DNA from: a virus
Taxonomy: Duplodnaviria > Caudoviricetes
Virus record (IMG/VR): IMGVR_UViG_3300025458_000009
Coordinates: 1-35,877 of that record
Length of the DNA: 35,877 nt
Reading direction: 5' to 3' (one strand)
Part shown: positions 1 through 6,149 of the stretch, piece by piece
How positions within the stretch are numbered: position 1 is the stretch's first letter
How the letters are laid out: each line of letters starts with the position of its first letter
Translations under genes and position numbers: made by a program
The notes under the pieces: model-generated
Told to the model about the DNA's origin: nothing
What the model saw: the letters and a program-made list of their open reading frames with translations, nothing else
Database searches by the model: none

Positions 1-804
1 AAGATCTTCTACCGGGTGACCACGGTCGCTACGGATGCCACCACACTCAGCGGTTACGTTGAGTCCGACCTGGAGCAGTGCGAGCCCGCCAACAACGTCC
101 AAGTCGAACGCATGGACTATATCTGGCGGGAGGCTGTCAGACGGAACCACTGGATCCTCCAGCAAGGCGGGGAGCGGGTGAAGATCTTCATCCGCAAGAC
201 CAGCGGCGAGCCCTGTGACTGCACCATCGACCCGCAGCTACGGGATTACAGCCAGCAGCCCTCCAACCGCTGTGAGGTTTGCTACGGGACAGGCTACGTT
301 GGGGGCTACGAGGGCCCCTTTGATACCATCATCGCCCCGGACGACGCTGAGAGGCGGGTCACACAGTCTGAGAGGGGCAGGCACGTAGAGCACACCTACG
401 AAGTGTTCATGGGACCGTCCCCGGTCGTGACCCAGCGGGACTTCATCGTCAAGCAGACGAATGAGCGGTACAGCATCGGACCGTCCCGCCGCCCCACGAA
501 CAGAGGGAACCTGCTCCAACAGCACTTCAATATCCGGTACCTCGACGAGGGCGACATCAAGTACAAGGTGCCCATCGATGGCGTCGATACATTGACGTGG
601 CCTGAGACTCGCTACGGCTTCCGTCCCTACCCGTTCCTGTCTGTGGACGGAGAGGGCTACACACCACCTTCCACTGCACCGGACGCCCCGCCCTATCCCG
701 AAGGCCCTGATGCCCAGATCCCGATGGAGACGGACAAGGCTGGTTGGGACAAGAGCAAGGAGCAGCGAGGCCGGACCCCCGTCTGGGAGAACCAGAACGA
801 GTAA
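1..804 (+). CDS. Phage neck/head-tail connector protein with Cys zinc-finger (5' partial)
   Basis: Frame is open from base 1 (KIFYRVTT...), so the true start is probably upstream. CDC...CEVCYGTGYVGGY motif followed by a beta-rich segment (SPVVTQRDFIVKQTNERY). Lies upstream of tail terminator and sheath, as neck genes do in large myoviruses. Confidence 0.6.
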   Translation, partial: KIFYRVTTVATDATTLSGYVESDLEQCEPANNVQVERMDYIWREAVRRNHWILQQGGERVKIFIRKTSGEPCDCTIDPQLRDYSQQPSNRCEVCYGTGYVGGYEGPFDTIIAPDDAERRVTQSERGRHVEHTYEVFMGPSPVVTQRDFIVKQTNERYSIGPSRRPTNRGNLLQQHFNIRYLDEGDIKYKVPIDGVDTLTWPETRYGFRPYPFLSVDGEGYTPPSTAPDAPPYPEGPDAQIPMETDKAGWDKSKEQRGRTPVWENQNE

Positions 805-813
805 GGGGGTGCC

Positions 814-1440
814 ATGGCCAAGATGAAAGCCACAGTAGAGGGACGAGTCAGGGGCACCTACGGGAAGCCATGGTCCCGCATGGCCAACATCCCGGTCACT
901 TCCAAGATGCTCCACACCATCGGCAAGTGCATGGCCAAGGTGTTTGCAGAGGAAGCGGTCAAGGACTTCCAGAAACGGGGCTGGTCGCAGAAGGACCCCT
1001 CGGGAGGTGGCCGTCTCAAGGATTCCTTCGGGTACAAGCTCAAGGGCCGTAGCACGGTGGAGATCACTTGCACCTTCTACGGGGTCGCTGAACTGGCCAA
1101 CGAGGACATCCCGGCACACCCCATGCCGTGGCTCACACAGCACGCCAAGGATGCTCACCCGGCCAAGTACAAGCTCTCACAGGCGGAGCGGGACGCCAAG
1201 ATGAAGAAGGGCGGTAGGGTGTCACAGGGGACGAGACGTCCCTTGGTGGTCCCGATCCAGACCGGAGGGGGCGTCATTTTCCGCACCGCACCCCTGAAGT
1301 TCACGAATGCGTGGGTTCACCCGGGGATCGCCAAGTTCACTTTCACCCAGCGGGCCGTCCGGCGATCCAAGGAGGAATGCATGAGGGTCCTCCGTGACGC
1401 CGTGGCGGACTACATGAGGGCAGGAGACCCGACGTCATGA
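814..1440 (+). CDS. Basic virion morphogenesis / tail-completion-type protein (putative)
   Basis: ATG after GGGGG SD-like tract. Very K/R-rich, with GRLKDSF and HPG..KFTFTQRA segments reminiscent of HK97-gp10/Mu-gpG-like proteins. Position after the neck gene. Confidence 0.45.
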   Translation: MAKMKATVEGRVRGTYGKPWSRMANIPVTSKMLHTIGKCMAKVFAEEAVKDFQKRGWSQKDPSGGGRLKDSFGYKLKGRSTVEITCTFYGVAELANEDIPAHPMPWLTQHAKDAHPAKYKLSQAERDAKMKKGGRVSQGTRRPLVVPIQTGGGVIFRTAPLKFTNAWVHPGIAKFTFTQRAVRRSKEECMRVLRDAVADYMRAGDPTS

Positions 1441-2042
1441 AAGAAGCCCGGATCACATGTAAGACGAGGACGGTGAAGATCGCCGACCTGGACATCGACA
1501 TGGTCAGAGGCGAGGTGGTGTTCATCCCTGTGGAGACGGCGAGCGCCTCTACGGATCTGCGGGTCATGCAGGGTGCCAAGGCCGTAGAGGTGTTCTACGT
1601 CCAGCGAAGCCAAGAAACACGGCAACACGCCCCCTCCGCCCCACCTGGCCGAGGCACCCCCCCGAAGAAGCGTAAGGCCATCGTGACCGTCAAAGGGCAC
1701 GAGATCGATGAGGACGCCCTCGCCGACAAGCTGATGGAGCGGCTGATGCCCTTCGTGGGCCAGCGGGTCTCTGGGGATGTCATGGAACGGATGCAGGCCA
1801 CCCTGGATGATTCCATGCAACAGATCCGGCAGGCCCTTCAGGGAACTGTAGGAGTCCGTCCAGGTGTGTCCCCCGGTACAATGGTAGATGCCCCCGAGAT
1901 TGCCTTTATCCCGGAAGGCATAGTAGGGGCCGTAGAGGGCACCGTCGAAGTACAAGAGGCGGAGTCAGAGGGATCCGGTGGGGTGGATGACGCCGCAGCG
2001 GCCTTGAAGGCGGCCCGTAAGCAGAAGAAGGAGACTCCATGA
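1437..2042 (+). CDS. Hypothetical protein, translationally coupled to the actin-like gene (candidate adaptor)
   Basis: ATGA overlaps at both ends and SD GGAG. Beta-rich N-terminus, Pro/Lys linker (PSAPPGRGTPPKKRK), helical middle, acidic tail ending in amphipathic VDDAAAALKAARKQKK. Confidence 0.75.
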   Translation: MKEARITCKTRTVKIADLDIDMVRGEVVFIPVETASASTDLRVMQGAKAVEVFYVQRSQETRQHAPSAPPGRGTPPKKRKAIVTVKGHEIDEDALADKLMERLMPFVGQRVSGDVMERMQATLDDSMQQIRQALQGTVGVRPGVSPGTMVDAPEIAFIPEGIVGAVEGTVEVQEAESEGSGGVDDAAAALKAARKQKKETP

Positions 2043-3061
2043 GCGACGATACCAAGAAGACAGCGGTGATTCCGGGCATCGGCCTGGACATCGGCACCAT
2101 GAACCTCGTGTCCGCCCGCAGAGGCGACAAGGGCATCACGACCAAGCGGATGCGGGACGTGTTCCTGGACCTGCCCACGTCGGCGAAGAAGATGCTCAAG
2201 CTCTCCGCCACCAGCTTCGTAGAGCGTGAGGACGACGTGCTGATCCTCGGCGACGCTGCTTTGGAACTGGCCAACGTGTTCGGACAGGAGGCCCGTCGGC
2301 CTTTGTCCGCTGGCATCGTGTCGGCGACAGAGTCCGAGAGCCTGGACGTGCTGGGCCTTCTCATCAAGGAGGTCCTGGGACCTCCTGCCGTGCCGGACGA
2401 GGTGTGCTACTACTCTGTCCCTGCGGAGCCCATCGACCAGCCGGACAGGGACATCATCTATCACCGGGAGGTGTTCCGCCGCATCGTGACGGAGTGCGGG
2501 TACAAGCCCTTCCCGGCCAACGAAGGCATGGGGATCATCTTCGCCGAGACGGCGAAGGAAGGGTTCTCCGGCGTGGCCCTTTCGTTCGGGAGCGGCATGA
2601 CCAACGTCGCCCTGGCGATCAATACCATCGAGGGCCTGATCTTCTCTGTGGCCCGTGGCGGTGACTGGATCGACCGTGGGGCCGCCAAGTCCGTAGGAGC
2701 GACGCAGGCCCGTGCCTGTGCGGCCAAGGAGAAGGGGATCGACCTGACCAAGCCGCAGGACAGGCTGGAAGAGGCCATCGCCCACTACTACCGGGCCCAC
2801 ATCGACTACGTGCTGGACCAGATCGGCCTCCGGTTCAAGTCCATTGAGGGCAAGTTCGACCTGCCCCGTGCGATCCCCGTGATCGTGTCCGGCGGGACGA
2901 GCCTCGCTGGTGGGTTCATGGAGTTCTTCACCAAGGTCTTCAATGAGCGGCGCAAGCGGTTCCCCATCGAGGTCAGTGAGATCCGACAGGCGGGCGAGCC
3001 CTTGAACGCTGTGGCCCACGGTCTGCTCATCCAGGCGATGCAGGAACACGAGGAGGACTGA
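2039..3061 (+). CDS. Actin-fold (ASKHA) ATPase, volactin-like
   Basis: SD AAGGAG. Phosphate-1 GLDIGTMN (~2081-2104), NEG, phosphate-2 SFGSGMT (~2582-2602), ARGGDWID, adenosine motif VSGGTS, C-terminal PLNAVAHG. The motif set matches my recollection of haloarchaeal volactin rather than MreB, FtsA or ParM. Confidence 0.85.
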   Translation: MSDDTKKTAVIPGIGLDIGTMNLVSARRGDKGITTKRMRDVFLDLPTSAKKMLKLSATSFVEREDDVLILGDAALELANVFGQEARRPLSAGIVSATESESLDVLGLLIKEVLGPPAVPDEVCYYSVPAEPIDQPDRDIIYHREVFRRIVTECGYKPFPANEGMGIIFAETAKEGFSGVALSFGSGMTNVALAINTIEGLIFSVARGGDWIDRGAAKSVGATQARACAAKEKGIDLTKPQDRLEEAIAHYYRAHIDYVLDQIGLRFKSIEGKFDLPRAIPVIVSGGTSLAGGFMEFFTKVFNERRKRFPIEVSEIRQAGEPLNAVAHGLLIQAMQEHEED

Positions 3062-3062
3062 G

Positions 3063-3257
3063 ATGAGCACCACCCACGAGGAACTCCGGCACGCCATCAT
3101 GGAACTGTGGCAGATAGACCTTGAGCCCAAGGCCAAGGCGGACACCTTGCGTTTCCACCTTGGACTGACCCCCAAGGTCGTAGAAGCCTTCGAACTGGCC
3201 CTAGACGGGCAGGGCACGGCGCAGGACGTGGTCGACGCCTTGGACGGAGTGACCTGA
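3063..3257 (+). CDS. Small hypothetical protein (64 aa)
   Basis: SD GAGGAGG directly upstream; GC3-rich codons; TGATG coupling to the next ORF. Confidence 0.65.
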   Translation: MSTTHEELRHAIMELWQIDLEPKAKADTLRFHLGLTPKVVEAFELALDGQGTAQDVVDALDGVT

Positions 3258-3430
3258 TGAGCAGCAACCCCTTCTACGACCCCGAAGCCGCCCTGAGAGA
3301 CCTGGAGTTGTTCCACGGGGACAAGATGAACCCGCCCAAGCCGCCCCCGAAGGCGAGGTGGACGGAAGAGATGGAACAGGATTTCCAGGCGTTCCACGGG
3401 GACAGGGAGAAGCCGTGTATTTCCAACTGA
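3257..3430 (+). CDS. Small hypothetical protein (57 aa, MSSNPFYDPEAALRDLELFHGDK...), below the ORF-track cutoff
   Basis: TGATG overlap with the previous stop and GGAG upstream. Open to TGA at 3428-3430. Contains a twice-repeated DxxxFHGD(K/R) motif. Confidence 0.55.
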   Translation: MSSNPFYDPEAALRDLELFHGDKMNPPKPPPKARWTEEMEQDFQAFHGDREKPCISN

Positions 3431-3438
3431 CAGAGGCG

Positions 3439-4286
3439 AACCCGGTAACGGGGCTATACCTTCCGTTAGCTGGAGATACACCGGAGGCTCTTATGCCGCC
3501 CCGCAAGCATGCACTGCTCACAAAAGAGGTTCTGTTAGACCTGTATTTTGACCAGAAGTTCTCGATGCCTCGGATTGCTGAGATGCGGGGTGTTCCATAT
3601 AGCGTCGTGAGGGCTTCTTTTCGAGCCTGTGGGCTTCGCTGGCGGACCAAGTCGGAAGCACGGGCTGGACGTTCCTGGAATGAGGCCACTAAGGCTAAGA
3701 TTTCTGCGGCGCATCTCGGGCGTAAGGATTCCCCTGAGACAGCGGCCAAGAAGAGGGCTGCACTAGCCCGGGTGTGTGCATGGACAGTAGGGGTTCCTTA
3801 CGATGATCCCCGAAGGGTTCGGCAAAGGAAGGCCGTGGCTGATGCCATGCGAAGGCCCGAAGTTCGGGAACGTTGTTCTATTGTGCGGACAAAAATGATC
3901 CAGTCCGGGCGCTACTATTCAAGGGGGTACTACCAGTCCCCGAAAGCAGGCCGGGTTTATTACATGTCGGGTTGGGAGCTTCGGCGGTACAAGGAGTTTG
4001 ATGCAGATCCTTGCGTTGCCTGTTACTCGGTGCAGCCTTGTTCCATCCCTTACTTGTGGGACGGTAGTACCCATCGGTACATCCCGGATGTTTTGGTCGA
4101 GTACGTGGATGGGAGCAAGGTATTGGAGGAGATCAAGCCCTTACAGATAGTGGAACGGGATGCTCAAGGTAGCGGTCGGATTGCAGTGAAGTTGCGTGCT
4201 GGAGAAACCTTTGCACAACAACAAGGTTGGGGCTGGCGGCTCTTCTCCTATGGGGTTGCCTGATGTATTTTGCCCTCACCGAGGCG
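3439..4286 (+). mobile_element. Homing-endonuclease-like insertion (848 bp) at the 5' end of the tail terminator gene
   Basis: Bounded by GAGGCG direct repeats (3433-3438, 4281-4286). Flanked by two versions of the same N-terminus: GTG-YFQLTEA (3415-3438) and MYFALTEA (4263-4286). Atypical composition. Confidence 0.75.
3493..4263 (+). CDS. Free-standing endonuclease: HTH + NUMOD3-like repeats + TnsA_N/T4-gp4-like PD-(D/E)xK domain
   Basis: SD GGAGG before ATG 3493; alternative in-frame GTG at 3415. NUMOD3-like GRSWNEATKAKISAAHLGRKDSPETAAKKRAA. C-terminal YxSxWE...IPY...RYIPDVLVEY...LEEIKP. Many T/A-ending codons compared with the flanking genes. Confidence 0.85.
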   Translation: MPPRKHALLTKEVLLDLYFDQKFSMPRIAEMRGVPYSVVRASFRACGLRWRTKSEARAGRSWNEATKAKISAAHLGRKDSPETAAKKRAALARVCAWTVGVPYDDPRRVRQRKAVADAMRRPEVRERCSIVRTKMIQSGRYYSRGYYQSPKAGRVYYMSGWELRRYKEFDADPCVACYSVQPCSIPYLWDGSTHRYIPDVLVEYVDGSKVLEEIKPLQIVERDAQGSGRIAVKLRAGETFAQQQGWGWRLFSYGVA

Positions 4287-5462
4287 ATGAAAAGGCGGTT
4301 CGTCCTTGAGATGCGCCGCTTCTGGGCCAGTCACCCCAAGTACCGGGACATCGTCGATCACATCCAGGGGAAGTACTCCTTCCGGGAGCGTCCTCAGTAC
4401 GGGATCATCGTCAAGACGTCCGGCGGCAACAGGGTGGACCTGTCAGCGGACAACTACATCGGCGTCATCAACGCCTACCCGTACCTGGCCAAGGTCGGGG
4501 CCTATGCGGGCCTCTCAGTTGAGTGGGTTCGTGAGGACTCCCTGGCCATTCAGAAGAACGGCGGCCTGTTCCCGTCCCTCCCTGGCGTCTACTTCATGGA
4601 GATCACAGGGGCCAACGAGTTCTACGTGGACCCGCTCCTGGACGTGTACGCCGAACCCGTAACGATGGTCGACACCATCACGGGGCAACTCCAGAATGCG
4701 CCCCTGACAGGCACCCTCCGCCTGTTTGAGATGCCCGCCGCCTATCAGTTGGTCGAGGGCACGAACTACACGCTGACGTTAGACCCCGCAGGCAAGCCTA
4801 CAGGGGAGATCATCCTGGCGCAGGCCCTGACAGGTGGCCGGACGTTGACCGCCGACTACAGGCACGCTGCGGCCTCTACAGGCCCTCATGAGTTCCACCC
4901 TATGTTCGCCAACAACACCGCCATCCCTGGCGTCGTCCTGGCGTTCGGGGAACGGAGCGAGGTGGGGGACAGGTTGGCGGTGGTCATTCAGGACATGAGG
5001 CGGCCCGCCTGTTTGGCTTACGGTGGCCAGTGGGAGTTGACCCTCGACTTTGAGGTGATGTCCCGGGACGTATACGCACAGCAGCAGATCGCTGATATGA
5101 CCGTGATCTACCTGTGGGGGGTCCTACGGGCTGCCATGTCGTCAGAAGGCCTGGAGATGACGGAACTGTCCTTGGGCGGAGAGTCGGAGGAGATCTACGA
5201 CGACAACGCCGATGACTACTTCTACAACTCGACCTTCAGTCTGACGGTGCGGACCAACTGGGAGATCTACGTTCCCCTCAACATCTTCCTCCGCCAAGCC
5301 TCCTTCATGACACTAGAGCAATCACAGGCCGTGGCCGCCATGACGGACGACCAGGTGGCCTCGTTCAACAATAACCTCCGCATGGTGGAGAACTTGGGGC
5401 TGCAACGGTTCGGTGATCCGTTCTTCAGCGATAGGTCCTACACCTACGAGGTCATCCGGTGA
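4263..5462 (+). CDS. Tail terminator / sheath stabilizer (T4 gp15-like position)
   Basis: Start at TGATG 4263 (MYFALTEAMKRRF). C-terminal YGGQWELTLDFEVMSRDVYAQQQIADM pattern typical of tail-completion folds. Lies just upstream of the sheath. Confidence 0.6.
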   Translation: MYFALTEAMKRRFVLEMRRFWASHPKYRDIVDHIQGKYSFRERPQYGIIVKTSGGNRVDLSADNYIGVINAYPYLAKVGAYAGLSVEWVREDSLAIQKNGGLFPSLPGVYFMEITGANEFYVDPLLDVYAEPVTMVDTITGQLQNAPLTGTLRLFEMPAAYQLVEGTNYTLTLDPAGKPTGEIILAQALTGGRTLTADYRHAAASTGPHEFHPMFANNTAIPGVVLAFGERSEVGDRLAVVIQDMRRPACLAYGGQWELTLDFEVMSRDVYAQQQIADMTVIYLWGVLRAAMSSEGLEMTELSLGGESEEIYDDNADDYFYNSTFSLTVRTNWEIYVPLNIFLRQASFMTLEQSQAVAAMTDDQVASFNNNLRMVENLGLQRFGDPFFSDRSYTYEVIR

Positions 5463-5530
5463 TGTGGCACCCGAACGCCTACATGCGGCCCGGATGTAGC
5501 GCCCCATGCGAAGAATATGAGGAGGCAGCC

Positions 5531-5992
5531 ATGCCCCGGTTCGAATTTCAGTGTGAGTGCGGCGTCCGCTTTGAGGAGTCCGCCAAGTCCAAGGAGCACA
5601 GCACCCCGAAGCCTTGCCCCGAGTGTGGGACATTGGCTCCCCGCTGGATGCCCGAGGACGTCTCCGGTGTGTTCAACCCTGGCATGGACGGCACCCCCGG
5701 ACCCCAGAATACAGGGGTCGCCGAGATCGATACGGTGGCCGACCGGGCCATCGGCGAGTCCGCACAGCAGGGCTGGCAGGTCGCCGAAAAGCGGGTGGCG
5801 GACAAGCGGGAGATCATGGAAGAGACCGGCGTGGACGGGAAGGACCTATCCAAGAACCCCGACGGGTCCTACGGCGTTCTGAAGCCGGAGGAGCGGGGCG
5901 TCCACGACAGGGCACAGGCCATCAATAGTCTGGCTATGAAGCGCCTACAAGAGAGGAGGCAGAGTTCCTCTCCACCGACCGACGAGCGGTGA
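5531..5992 (+). CDS. FmdB-like zinc-ribbon protein
   Basis: SD GAGGAGG; N-terminal MPRFEFQCECG..FE...CPECG motif. Confidence 0.8.
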   Translation: MPRFEFQCECGVRFEESAKSKEHSTPKPCPECGTLAPRWMPEDVSGVFNPGMDGTPGPQNTGVAEIDTVADRAIGESAQQGWQVAEKRVADKREIMEETGVDGKDLSKNPDGSYGVLKPEERGVHDRAQAINSLAMKRLQERRQSSSPPTDER

Positions 5993-6095
5993 CCCGGGTA
6001 CGCACGGGCTAGACAGACGGGACGACAGACGGACCACTTACTTGGGCTGACGTTCCGCCCCTTCGAGGGCTGGTCAATGTGGACTGAGAAACCAA
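5981..6095 (+). promoter_or_regulatory. Conserved leader element, copy A (upstream of sheath)
   Basis: Shares ordered blocks with 13738-13866: GACGA..CGG.G, small hairpin ending GGGC, AGACAGACGGGACG (14 bp exact), TTG.GCTGA, GC hairpin, TGGT.A, ATGTG.ACTG. Confidence 0.6.
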
Positions 6096-6149
6096 CGGAC
6101 ACGGTGGTTGAACTGGAACCCGCTCCCGCGGCTTGAAGAGAGGTGCTAC

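Noticed and set aside
1870-1885. TACAAT -10-like box upstream of the actin gene
   Set aside because: Inside a coding region with no -35 or TGn extension; likely chance.
3439-4286. Group I/II intron or intein explanation for the endonuclease inserts (also 29613-30453)
   Set aside because: Only ~50 nt of non-coding sequence, too little for a ribozyme core. No intein C/S...HN termini. The duplicated gene termini make splicing unnecessary.
6011-6034. CRISPR array or microsatellite reading of the GAC(A/G) repeats
   Set aside because: Only a few degenerate 4-mers; no 25-40 bp repeats with spacers and no cas genes.
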